A stretch of 64,000 bases of DNA. It comes from Mobula hypostoma. Taxonomy: Eukaryota. Shown here piece by piece: positions 38,367-50,408 of this stretch; the first letter of the stretch is position 1, and each line of letters begins with the position of its first letter. The stretch covers positions 66,652,001 through 66,716,000 of the forward strand of contig NC_086097.1 of assembly GCF_963921235.1 (NCBI RefSeq), read 5' to 3'. Below the pieces are notes generated by a model. It did no database searches. It saw only the letters and a program-made list of their open reading frames with translations, and had not been told where the DNA came from. Position numbers and translations under genes: made by a program.

Positions 38367-39807
38367 CAGGTTTCCCCCGCCATCCGAAGGTAGAGCGTTC
38401 CTATGAAATGGTTCGTAAGCCGGAATGTCGTAAAGCGAAGAAGCAATTACCATTTATTTATAGGGGAAAAATTTGTGAGCGTTCGCAGACCCAAAAATAA
38501 CCTACCAAATCATGCCAAATAACACATAAAACCTAAAATAACAGTAACATATAGTAAAAGCAGGAATGATATGATAAATACACAGCATATATAAAGTAGA
38601 AATACTTTTCCACAATCGTTGCCTGCACTATTCTCCGTAGCAAAAATCTCATGCAAGCACCGTTGGCAAAACCCGGCGCAAGCGCTCTCCAGTAACCTTT
38701 AACCTATGAAGCTGCCAAATCATACCAAATAACACGTAAAAATACACAGCCGATATAAAGTAGAAATAATGTATGTACCGTGCAGTATCACTTACCGGAA
38801 TTGAGACCGCGTCAAGCACACTGATGATGGTGTGTTAGGCTGAGTCGGAGGTTCGGGTGGTGCAGTGGCCCCCACCCTCCGGCAGCGACCCGATACATTG
38901 CCACAAAGCATGCAGGGGTCCAGCGGTAGCCGGGAGGCACACAGCACATCTTTAAGAAAAAAGCCGAAATAAACATGCTAATTAATTAGGTGCCGCCGTT
39001 TATTTCAGATTTTTTCTTAAAGATGTGCTGGGTGCATCCCCGCTACCACTCCATTCTCCTCGAATCGGTATCTGTCCACGGTCTGGGTGTTGGGGTGGTC
39101 GGACACTGGGGTGTCATCTCATCGTTGTCTGTTTCCATTAGAGCAGGCAGCTCATCTTCTTCTATCTCTGCTGGCCTCGATGTCAAAGGTCGAGGTTCGT
39201 CATCTGCTGTGGCTGATGTGGAAGGCTTGCTTGACTGCTGAGCCTCGTGCATTTTTCTATCATACAGTTCTTTGAAAGCACTCAAACCATCTTGCAAATA
39301 TCCCCTAAACCTACGTACCCTTTCAAAATTAAAGTTGTACTTTATCATTACTCATTCGGTTTCGATTGTTATCCTTTCCTCTTCCAATTGCATCAGCTCT
39401 TCATCTATCAGTTCTTGGTCATGGGATGCCAAAACCTCTTCAACATCATCTTCGTCAGCTTCCACAAGCCAAACTCACTTAGTCTTTACTTCGTTCACCA
39501 CGATCAAAACGCTTAATTATGTCTAGTTTTACGCTAAGTGTAGCACCCTTACGAGCTCTTTCAGGCTTTTCCGATACCATAGAACTCATCTTGCAAATGG
39601 CTGCTCACAGGCACAGGCAGTGCCGGCGAGAATGCAGTTCTGAATTGGGGGAGAGTGGCTGCTCAGGGCGCGCACTGCCTTTTATCGCGCACTGATTTTT
39701 TCGTAACAGTGAAAACACCTTCTGTTAGCGAAAACAGGGTACTAATGTAGGTCTTTCGTAACAGTGCGGTTTCGTAAAGCGAACGTTCGAAAAGCAGGGG
39801 ACACCTG
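38367..39807 (-). mobile_element. Tigger/pogo DNA transposon, internally deleted (no DDE domain), inserted in a Rex1 fragment
   Basis: TA TSD; TIRs caggtttcccccgc / gcaggggacacctg. N-terminus MSSMVSEKPERARKGATLSVKLDIIKRFDRGE (HTH) is joined directly to an acidic C-terminus (DVEEVLASHDQELIDEELMQLE; ORF 39043-39348). Confidence 0.88.
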
Positions 39808-40044
39808 TATTCCATTTTTTGAGGCATCGCCTTTTCAGGGTTCCTGGTCGCTGGGGAGGCTGGTGCCCATAATGGAACTGGCTGAATTTACAACTTTCTG
39901 CAGCTTTTTTTCTGATCCTGTGTCATGACCCTTTCATACAAACGATGTTGCAATCATTTTGAATGCTCTCCGGGGTACATCCGTAGAAATTTGCGAGTGT
40001 CTTTGGTGACATGCCAATTCTCCTGAAATTTCTAATGAAATATA

Positions 40045-40085
40045 GCAACATTTCAACTGTAAACCTGACCGTCTTCCTCAGGCAC
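40045..40085 (-). ncRNA. Degenerate minimal hammerhead ribozyme in Penelope pseudo-LTR
   Basis: Minus strand tgc-CTGAGGA-a-gacggt-caggttt-acagtt-GAAA-tgtt-gc: CUGANGA and GAAA cores flanking a helix II. Confidence 0.6.
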
Positions 40086-40825
40086 AAGTTAGTCAAGTGA
40101 CAAGTCCTCCTAGAGACACAGCCTTATATAGCCTCTCGAGTGAGCAGGGCATGGGTGAGGATCAATGCTCAATCCTGATTGGCTGGATCTGAATTGCCTT
40201 TTCCTGATTGGTTAGTTTGAATTGGCCTTGTTCTGATCGGATGATTTTTTAGACCAAACCTCTTTAGGAATGTGTAGTCCCAGACTGGAGCTATCTCTAC
40301 ACTCTTAGAGCCTATATTTACGTCCTCCACATACTCCATCTCTAGTGATTCCCTAATCTTTCTCTTGTAGGCATTCTCTTCCCTGCCAAGGATGTTGGCC
40401 CAATCAAGCCTTGGTTTACATGAGCACAATAGGCAGTGTTCAGTGACCCCATTTCATTCCGCTGTTTTTTTAAGAAACTCTTATGTTCTGCTATCCTGGT
40501 CTTCAATGGCCTTCCGGTCTCACGAATATATACATTTTGGCATGATGACACAACTCCCTGACATAATTCTTTGGTCTTCTAGGTGCCACTTTGGTTAGCC
40601 TTTTTCTAATTGTGTCCTCACTTTTTGCTGTTAACTGGACACCATACTTTTGACAAATTTGTCTTAGCTGCCGCTGAATGGCACAATAACCATTCTACCT
40701 GGAAGTTGTTTTTGCTGTGGTGTTGTATTACACTCCATTCCTTTCTCAATTATGTGCATAGGGTAGCCATTTTTTTTAATGTTTCTCTGATCTTCATGCA
40801 CTCTTCCTCCTTTGCAGCATAGTAC

Positions 40826-41681
40826 CGTTACGAGAATACACATAAAATTAAGATGTTTGCTGGCCTGGGCTAGCATCAGTGGCATCAGCAGTTGGTCTGC
40901 CACCTGCCCTCAGGGGAAGGAGAGATAAGGAACAATGGAGCAGCGTCTGGAGATGTGTAATGAAGGGATGTGGGAGGAAGAGCTGTCTGGAGCGGCTCCC
41001 CCCTTTGAGCCCTGAACTGTTTGAAGTGATGGACAGGCGATACCCCAGCAGGGGGATAAAAAGGGACAGGTTCGCTAAGACAGACACACGCCACCCGAGG
41101 TAACGAGACCCTGGAAGCGGTACGCTTCTCACGAGTGGGTGAGAAGTGCCAGACAACGACCAGGGTGGAAAGGTACGATCAGCGGGAACCCGGTGTGTGT
41201 CCGCCCTTGCCTGGGTGCCGGGTTCACTGCAGAGGATCGACCGCATCTGGAGGAGGGGTCACAGTCGGTGACCTCAGGTGACATCACCAAGGACCCGCCC
41301 AAATGCTGTTTGTGAGCCATCTCGCTGGTCTGTGAGTGAAGCTGTGCTGAATGATGAGTTGTTCCTATTCTATGTCTCTCTTCCCCACCTTGTCCATCGC
41401 CATGACAACGATTACTGCGAACTGAACTACAAACTGGACTGAACTTTGAGTCATTTTGAAATTGGTCATTTACCCCTAGACAACGATAGAGCTTGATTGA
41501 TGCTGTTATCTTAATTCTGTGCACATGTGCGTTTATCATCGCTGAACTGTTGCATTTATTATCCTTTCGATTAATGTGTTGCTTGTTTCTTTAATAAAAC
41601 TTTCTTAGTTCTAGTACTCCAGACTCCAACTGAGTGATCCATTTCTGCTGGTTTGGCAACCCAGTTACGGGGTACGTAACA
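40826..41681 (+). mobile_element. Solo LTR (856 bp)
   Basis: Termini cgttacg...cgtaaca, 4-bp TSD gtac (40822-25, 41682-85), gggataaaa TATA-like motif and aataaa near 41593. Confidence 0.85.
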
Positions 41682-41956
41682 GTACTAAAAGCAAATACCT
41701 TGTGAACAACTAGAACTGCAAAGGAGGAAGATTAGGGAATCATCAGTGATGGAGCATGTGGAGGATCTAAATGTAGGTTCTAAAAGTGTAGAGACAGCTG
41801 CAGTCCGGGTCACACGTTCCTAAAGAGCATTTGGCCTAAAAAATCGACCAATCAGAACAGAGCCAATTCCAACTAACCTATCAGGAATAAGCAATTCAGT
41901 TCCAGCCAATCAGGGTCTAGCATTAAGTCCCACCATTGCCCTTCATCAGTTCCCTG

Positions 41957-42692
41957 TGTCATGTGTGACGCCAAGCAGAGCTACCGGACGGATGATGCTA
42001 ATGAGAGAGATAACGGGAGACAATTGAGAAACATTCAAAATGCTAATAAGAGAGAAGAGAGAGATTAACGAGAAAGAAACACTATTCAGATATTGACAGA
42101 CTGTTTGCTTTGAACCTGAACAGTTTGAAGTTTGATGGACAGGTGATACCCCAGCAGGGGGATAAAAAGAGCAGGTTTGCTAAGGCACGGCACGCCATGA
42201 GACCCTGGAAAGAGCAGTGTGCCCCACAAGTTGGTGGGAGTTTGGAGAACCGGTTCGCGGGAATTGGTCAGAGGCTCACAGGATGTAAAGGTACAATCGG
42301 TGGGAACCTGGGGTGTGTGTCCACCCTTGCCTGAGTGCCGGGTTCACCGCGGAAGAACAATCATATCTGGAATGGAGGGGTCACAGTCGGTGACCACAGC
42401 GGGATCAGAAGATATCAAAAGGTCTGCCCAAAACCAACTGCATCTCTCTCTCTCTAACTTAAGACTGATCATTTTACCCCTAGACTGCGATAGAGCTTGG
42501 TTGATTCCGATTACCCTATTTCTGTGTATATGTGTGTATTATCATTGCTAACCTGTTATATTTATATCCTTGCGATTAGTGTACTGTATTACTTATTTCT
42601 TTAATAAAACTTTATTAGTTCCTAGTAATCACAGACTCCAACGAACGTTCTATTTCTGCTGGTTTGGCAACCCAGTTACAGGGTACGTAACA
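41957..42692 (+). mobile_element. Solo LTR (736 bp), related to 40826-41681
   Basis: Termini tgtcatg...cgtaaca, own TSD cctg (41953-56, 42693-96). Shares the 3' two-thirds with the first LTR but has a different 5' part. Confidence 0.85.
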
Positions 42693-42907
42693 CCTGTCAT
42701 TGGCCTTGGTTGAAGTTACTTCCATTATAGGAAATGATTCTTCATCATTGGCCAACACCAGCATTTAAAGAAGTATGTTTTTCTTCTCATTTCTCCCCTC
42801 TCATCTCTGTCCCCACCTTTGATCTTGTTTCTGTTACATTAAACTTATGTTGCTTCATCTTTGAACTGTATTTGGATTGGGTAAATATTGTCAGACAGTT
42901 AAAACCC

Positions 42908-43769
42908 ATTAAGATTAGATTAGATTAGATTAGATTCAACTTTATTGTCATTGTGCTGAGTACAGATACAAAGCCAATGAAATGCGTTTAGCATCTGACC
43001 AGAAATGCAAAGAATAGTGTTATATACAAAATAACTGCAAATAAGAGAAGTGCTACAGCACACAAATATAAAAGTACTGAGACAGTACAATACGGATACA
43101 ATACTGCTTAGCGCTGTGATGTGAGGTTCAGCATGGTCACAGCCTCAGGGAAGAAGCTGCGTGGAGGCTCCTGTAGTGCCTACCGGATGGGAGGAGAGTA
43201 AAAAGTCCATGGTTAGGGTGAGATGCATCCCTGATAATGCTTTTCACCCTGCCTAGGCAGCATTTATGGTAGATGTTTTCAATGGTGGGCAATTGGGTGC
43301 CGATAATCTGCTGGGCAGTTTTTACTGCACGCTGGAGTGCTTTGTGGTCCAATATGTGACAATTGCCAGACCACACTGAGATGCAGTTGGTGAGTATGCT
43401 CTCAATGGTACAGCGGTAAAAGTCCGTCAGTATCCTGGGACAGAGGTGAGCTTTCTTGATGCTCCACAGGAAATAAAGGTGCTGTTGCGCCTTTTTGATC
43501 AGGATGGAGGAGTTCAGGGACCAGGTGAGATCCTCGGAAATGTGGACACCAAGGAATTTGAAGCTTGATACATGCTCCACCACAGTTTCGTTGATGTAGA
43601 TGGGGACATGAGTGTAACTCCTGGCATGCCTGAAGTCCAGAATGATCTCCTTTGTCTTCTGGGTGTTAAGGGCCAGATTGTTGTCGGCACACCACGTGGC
43701 CAGGTGCTGGACCTCATCCCTGTAGGCCATCTCATCATCCCCTCTGATCAGACCAAGCACCGTGGTGTC
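42908..43769 (-). mobile_element. 5'-truncated copy of the 30583 Rex1 family
   Basis: ORF 43137-43760 is nearly identical to the C-terminus of 30803-32287; same (TCTAA)n tail; ttaa at both flanks. Confidence 0.92.
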
Positions 43770-43887
43770 TTAATTGAGTTTCTTCTCAATCTTTGCACCA
43801 AGGAGAACAAATTCAAGTTTCCTATATAATTTGAGACCTATCATCCTAGAATCATTCTAATAAATGGTTGATGTTTGCACGCACATA

Positions 43888-44364
43888 TACTCAGGGACCA
43901 CTTTATTAGGCGCACCCGTACATCTTGTTAATGCAAATATCTAATCATCCAATCATGTAGCATCAAAGAATGCAGACATGATCAAGAGGTTCAATTGTTA
44001 TTCAGACCAAACATCAGAATGGAAAAGAAATGTGATCTAAGTAACTTTAACTGTCGAATGATTGTTGGTGCCAGACAGGGTGGTTTGAGTACCTCAGAAA
44101 CTGCTGATCTTCTTGGATTTTCAGGCACAACAGACTCTAGAGATTACAGAGCATGATGCAAAAAACAAAAAAAAACATCCAGTGTGTGGCAGTTCTGTAG
44201 GCAGTTCATTGCCTTGATAATGGGAGAGTTGAAAGGAGAATGGTCAGATGGGTTCAAGCTGACAGGAAGGCAACAGCAACTCAAATAACCACACATTACA
44301 ACAGTGGTGTGCCTAAGCACATCTCTGAACATAGGTGTTGAACCTTGAAGTGAATTGGCCGCAG
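43888..44364 (+). mobile_element. Tc1-like element (same family as 9637 and 28950), interrupted by a hAT
   Basis: tactcagggaccactttattagg TIR and MEKKCDLSNFNCRMIVGARQGGLS; resumes briefly at 45321. Confidence 0.8.
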
Positions 44365-45320
44365 CAAGGGTCCCCAACCTCTTTTGCACCGCGGACTGGT
44401 TTAAAATTGACAATATTCTTGCGGTCCGGCCGACCAGGGGTGGGGGGGTGGGGTGTTAATCATGACCAGAATATAGGTGATAAATCAACAATAAGTCACT
44501 TATAAGTGGCTAATACACTCAATTCCGTTTCTAAAAGGGTTTATCTAACAAATTTAATATTAAACACACAGCGCATATTTTCCTCGCATGAATATAGTGA
44601 TAAGTCAATTTTAAGTTACTTATAAGTCAATAGCATCATAACATTTTAAGTAACGTTTGGATATTAAACACACAGCGTATATTTTCCTCATACGAACATG
44701 TAAAATCATTGCAACACACCAATATTGCTGAATCAGTGGGAGCCCTGGGCTTGTTTTCCTGCAACAAGATAGTCCCGTCGAGGGGTGAGGGGAGACGGCG
44801 ATACTCGAAGGGGGTTCCTTATGTCCAGTCTATTCCGCAATTTAGTTTTCATTGCATTCATTGTAGAAAACTCCGCTTCGCAGCGATACGATGTTGGAAA
44901 TGGAAGCAACGTTTTCAGTGCTTTCATGGCTGTCTCAGGATATTCAGCCTTGACTTTGATCCAGAATGCCAACAGAGATGTTATGTCAAACATACTTTTC
45001 AGCCCGCCGTCATTTGCGAGCTCAAGGATTTGATCTTTTTCACGTGCTGACATGGATGATTCACTGGAGACATTCACAAGTGGGTCATGGACCCATTCCT
45101 TTACACGTCTTGGGTCATTTGCGTCTTGGGTCACTGATGACCTCGCGTGGGTAGTGACCTCGCGTGTGTTCAAGTTCAACAGTGGGTGTGACAGGGAATG
45201 AAGAAAGGTGCAGCTGACTCATATCGTTTCATATCGCCAAATCATATTGTTTCCTCACGGCCCGTAGCACATGCTTTGCGGCCTGGTACCGGTCCGCGGC
45301 CCAGTGGTTGGGGACCACTG
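44365..45320 (-). mobile_element. hAT/Charlie (MER1-like) deletion derivative
   Basis: TIRs caagggtccccaacc / ggttggggaccactg; TSD ggccgcag / ggctacag. ORF 44733-45179 FWIKVKAEYPE...LLPFPTSYRCEAEFS...KTKLRNRL is a hAT dimerisation domain. Confidence 0.88.
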
Positions 45321-45670
45321 GGCTACAGTAACAGAAGACACCTTCATCCCCTTAGTACTAATCAACAAGCTCTGAAACCTGGGCCTCTGTACCTCCCTCT
45401 GCAACTGGAACTTTGACTTCCTCATCGGAAGACCACAGTCAGTGCAGATTGGAAATAAACATCTCCTCACTGATAATCAACACTGGTGCACCTCAAGAAT
45501 GTGTACTTTACCCACTGCTCTACACCGACGACTGCAGGACTAGGCACAACTCAAATGCCATCAATAAATTTGCTGGTGATGCAACCTATAGTTGGCAAAA
45601 TTTGAGATGGTGACAAGGAGGCATAAAGGAGTGAGATAGATCAGCTGGTTGAGTGATGTCGCATTAACAA

Positions 45671-48600
45671 TATCATGTATTTAATATAGCGGTAATGTTT
45701 GAGTAATATTGTAAATGTATCGTTTGGTTAAGCATTCTTGCTCATTTAAATATTTAGTTACAGGTTATATATAAAAGTACACGAATGTCATCATACATCA
45801 ACACACTACTACGTCATATGTGCGTGCCTCACTTAAAGTAAAAACAAAAATAAGATGTTCTCCTGGGCTCCCATCTTTATCTTGCAATTAGTTTTATGTT
45901 TTGGGTTACAAAACATAACAGTGGCAACGAGAAAGTTTTAAATGAACACAAGATGACTATCTACCTGTGGAAGCACAGCAAGACGTTCAGGTTAAAAGCA
46001 AAATTGCAGTGAGATGTTCACATTTTTTAAAAAAAGCAGTGTACTATATATTCTTCAGAAGAGACAGATGTGGTTGAGTTTTTAAAAAGGCAGAAAAGGG
46101 GCAAATTCATGGGTTCATAAACAGTGAGTACTGAGTGATAATCATCTTAAGTTTTTAAAAAAGCAGAAATGGATGGCTAAATCGGAAAGATAGACATGTT
46201 TGATTGCATAAGGAGATAACCGGATGTTGTATACTTAATGGATTGAGGAGTATTTTGAAACAAATGAAATAGTCAGTAAGAAGAAAGTACCAGTTATGTT
46301 GAGTGCATTGGATTTAAAAACATACAGTTTCCTTGGAATTTTAACTGCTCCAACCAAACCAGCTGAAATGAGCTTTGCTGATATCATGAAAGTATTGCAA
46401 GAACATTTAGAACCTGATTGCAGAACACTTCAGGTTTCATAAGTGGAATCAAAAGGAAGGGGAATCCATTTCAGAGTATTGAAGAATTGAAGAAATTGCC
46501 TGAGCATTGTCAGTTCAGCGATGGGCTTAATGATGCATAGAGATATTATTTAGATTGTGGAATGGTACAAGAAAGTATTCAAAAAGGCTCCTAACTGAAG
46601 CACAACATACATTTAAAGGACCAGTTAAAATTTCTGTGTCAATGGAAACAGCAGCTAGAGATACAAATGAGTTGCAGTCAGCAATGAAGTGAGTGTGAAC
46701 AAAATTACAATGCCTAAACAGAAACCTGACTGGCCAAACAAATCATGTTACTATTGTGGCAGGAGCAAAACTTGCAGAAAATGCAACAAAGTAGAACACA
46801 TACAAAGAGCATGTGAGGCAGACAGATATAAATGGACTTCACGAGGAAGAGAAAATAATTAAAGTCAAGTTACAGTTTCAAAAAGAGTACTATTCTGCAT
46901 GCTGTTGATGACAATTCTGATAATGGTGAGAGGGACACGGGACTGAGCAGCCTTGAGATTTGCATGCTGTTGATGACAATTCTGATAATGGTGAGAGGGA
47001 CACGGGACTGAGCAGCCTTGAGATTTGCAATGAGAAAACCAACAATAGACAAGTATTATGGCTTACACCAGAAGTGAACAGCAAATTAATTAAAATAGGA
47101 TTGGACACTGGTTTGGCTGTTTCAGTCATTCCACAAAATGAGTTTGATTGGCATTTCAAAGATACTGAACTGAAGCCTGCAGATATCCAACTAAGAACTT
47201 ATACTGGAGAAGAGGTAACTCCTGTGGGAATGATATTCGTAACTGGGAAATACAACAACCAACAAGCCACATTGAGTTTGCATGTCATAAAAACAAGAGA
47301 GCCAGCTTTGTGGGTTTGAGTGGCTGAGAGAACAACAGCTTGGTTGGAGATGCATTCACCATCTGCATGCCATATCCCCTGCAAAAGAGTCAACTGAAAG
47401 TGAGTTAAGAAAGGTATTGGATGATACCACAGAAGTGTTTAACGATAGCATTGGAAAACTCAAACATATCAAGGGTACAGCTGTGGTAAATGAAAATGCC
47501 ACACCCAAGTATTGCAAAGCACACCCTGGTTCCTTATTTCATCTGTGACAAAGTAGCTGGTGAGTTAGATTGCCTGGAGGCTGAAAGGATCTTTGCAAGA
47601 TTGACTGGAGCCCATGGGCAACACCGCTGGTCCCAGTAGCCAAAAAGAATGGGTCTGTCAGGATCTGAGGTGATTTTAAGGTCACCACCAACCCAGTACT
47701 GCTGAGAATAAAGGATATATTTGCAAAACTTTCTGGAGGGAAACACTTCAGCAAAGTGTACTTAGCTGAGACCTACCTACAAAAGGAGATGGAAGAAGAG
47801 TCCAAAGTGTTTCTCACCACAAACACTCACAAAGGGCTTCATTGCTATAATAGGCTTGCTGTTGGAGTAACATCTACACCTACACTCTGGCTATGAACCA
47901 GGAGCTGCAAGGCTGTTCAGGCACTCAGTGTTTCCTGGATAACATCACTGTTACTGGTAAAGATGATGAGGAGCATCTCTAAAATCTCAAGACAGTACTA
48001 AAAAGATTAGAAGATTATGGGCTCAGAGCACGAGACAACATTTGTGAATTCTTTAAACTAAGCATCACTTACTGTGATCACACTAATAATGCATAAGAAT
48101 TGCACAAATGTGCTGAGAAAATTCAAGCAGTGGAGAATGGCCCAAGGGCAAAGCCCATGTCGTAGTTGTGGTCCGTTTTAGGATTTGTCAATTACTATAA
48201 CAGGTTTCAGTCAAACCTGCCTACTGTTCTTTAATCATTGAAGTCATTACTACAGATCGGGAAGAAATAGCTATGAACAAAGCAGTGTGAGGTGGCTTTC
48301 AGAAATGTAAAGGAAATGGTAACATCAGACACTGTACTCACACATTATAACCCACGTCATCCAGTAAAGCTCATCATGAACTGTTTGGGATGCCAACACT
48401 CGAGGAAAGGTGTCCAGAGCTGTCAGAGTCAGCCTTGCAGTCCCGGAGTCAACTCCTACAACCACCATGGAGGAGGCACCAGAACCTGGGATTGTTTCTC
48501 AGCCAAGTCTCACCTGCCAGGGTGCCCCTCTTGTCAGGAAAGATGTTATCCCTCAAGAGTAAGAAATCCTCCGCAGTGATGAAATCTAGAGGCTGATTGG

Positions 48601-48756
48601 AACAGTTTAAAATTTACAATGCTCTGGACATCTCTATAGTAGCTGTATTACATACATTGAGATGCATTCTGTATTGAGTTGGAGCTTATAGCTAAGCAGG
48701 GAGGAACGTTGTGTATTTAATATTTAAGTAATACTGTAAATACATTGTTTGATTAG
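45671..48756 (+). mobile_element. Degraded Gypsy/Ty3 LTR retrotransposon (integrase deleted, 3' LTR truncated)
   Basis: 5' LTR 45671-45920 ends taaca, then PBS-like gtggcaacgag; gag with CRKCNKVEHIQRAC; protease LDTGLAVSVI; RT PWATPLVPVAKKNGSVRI; PPT aagcagggaggaa before a partial 3' LTR at 48707. Confidence 0.85.
46896..47025 (+). repeat. Perfect 65-bp tandem duplication
   Basis: 46896-46960 equals 46961-47025, followed by tgca microhomology. Confidence 0.95.
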
Positions 48757-50408
48757 ATGCTATTTTGGGCAAATTTGAATCAGGGTGACCTGCAGATAAT
48801 TAAACTAAATGTGCCTGGATTCTTTCGATTTTGTGTATTATATTCCATATTTTTTGCTTTTTTGTTATTTGCAGTATTTGTTTTTTTGTACGTGGGAGGG
48901 GTTGATGTTTTTCTTTGAGTAGGTTCTATGGTTTTCTTTGTTTCATGGCTGTCTGTGGGAAAGCAAATCACAGGGTTGTATACTGTATACATACTTCGAT
49001 AATGAATGTACTTTGAATCTTTGAAATCATGAGCAAGACCCAGGAGTACTCAACATTGAAAAGGCCTATAGAACAGAAATTGAAAAGATGGACAGAATTT
49101 GACTGGGATCCAAAGCCATTCCACTGGTGTTGTGATGTTATTCTATGAGCACAAATGATCAGATGGGGTTATAGAGTGATCATACCTCCTACTCTGTGAG
49201 GAGGCTAAACCAAACTTGAAAACAACGGCAAGAAGCTTGTTTTTTCTGGCTTCTCAGACGAGTGTTCTTAAGCCATGGCATGCAGGTATGGACCTCCAAT
49301 CAGTTTTGTACATTCAACTGGGGTACATTAACCCGTATGTTTCACTTGAATCACTTTGTGTCAGTACAATGTTCATTCCCTATTTCACAAACATCCACAT
49401 GCACTCTCAGAAAAGGCCATGACCATGCCTGCAAAGGACATTTTGGTAAGTAGATGCACTTGTTTACTAATAATTTTGTCACTGCTCAATGGACCAGTGC
49501 ACAGCAGACAAAACTTGGATTCTATATCTCTTCTGGATGAACTCTCAGCTGATCTATTTTAAGTCAGGTGTTAGGAAGGAACGAGTGCATGTTTGATACC
49601 ACAACATGTCATGCAGTTTGCAAACTAAGCAAGCTCTAAGTTTCAATTTGCTCTGTTTGCAAATTTCATGAAAAGAAATAGCATCAAATCTTCCTTCATA
49701 TCGTCGAGTGCAGACTTCAGGAAGTGATGCTTCAAACCTAAGCAAGATCAGCAAAGAATCAGAATCTTTTTTCAGTTTGTTCAAAACTGAATATTGCGAA
49801 GTTTGGTTTGATAATAAAATTTATAGGGGGAACAAAAAAGCTCTAGGGAAACTGCAGATGCCAAGCTGATGTAGCAAATCAGCAGGTCTGGCAGCATCTG
49901 TGGAGACAAAGTACAGTCGATGTTTCTGTCAAGGTCTGAAAAAAGGTTACTACGTTAGATTTATAGTTGGTGTACATTTAAATGGAAAACAAAACTATAT
50001 GAATGATATAATGAATGACACTTGTACTTTGAAAATGTGAATTGGCTATAGACAAAATAATTTTATTTTTATTTTAATGAAGTCATTGAATATGTATGCT
50101 TGGACATGCAGTTTTCTGTATTGTGATCCCGTTGGACAGGAGAGTTATGCAGTGTGTCTGCTATGTAATTTGGAAACATTGACACAGGCTGCAACAAGAA
50201 TCTGAAGAATTCACAGATTGTATTTAATGATTTACAGATTAAGACTTCTGTCTTGCAAATCAACACTGCCTCTTTTGTATACTATGTCTACCCTTGTGAC
50301 TTGATGCATTAATGAAGACAATGCTGCACTCCAGCGTTGTACACACATCTGGGAACAACTGGTCTGAGCAGATATCTGAGGTCAAAGCAAAGTTCATCAG
50401 CACATCAT

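Larger units (their letters stand above)
40045..41941 (-). mobile_element. 5'-truncated Penelope-like element (GIY-YIG) with inverted pseudo-LTR, split by a solo LTR
   Basis: ORF 40342 CQNVYIRETGRPLKTRIAEH (GIY-YIG); 41728-41941 is an inverted copy of about 40146-40362. Confidence 0.85.

Noticed and set aside
39043..39348. TIGD-like host gene
   Set aside because: Lies between Tigger TIRs with TA TSD; catalytic domain is deleted.
40826..42692. Two LTRs as a single short LTR element (TRIM/provirus)
   Set aside because: Each has its own TSD, the 5' parts differ, and the spacer is Penelope sequence with no PBS or PPT.
44470..44700. CRISPR-like or satellite repeats
   Set aside because: Two to three imperfect subterminal direct repeats within the hAT element; vertebrate context, no repeat-spacer array.
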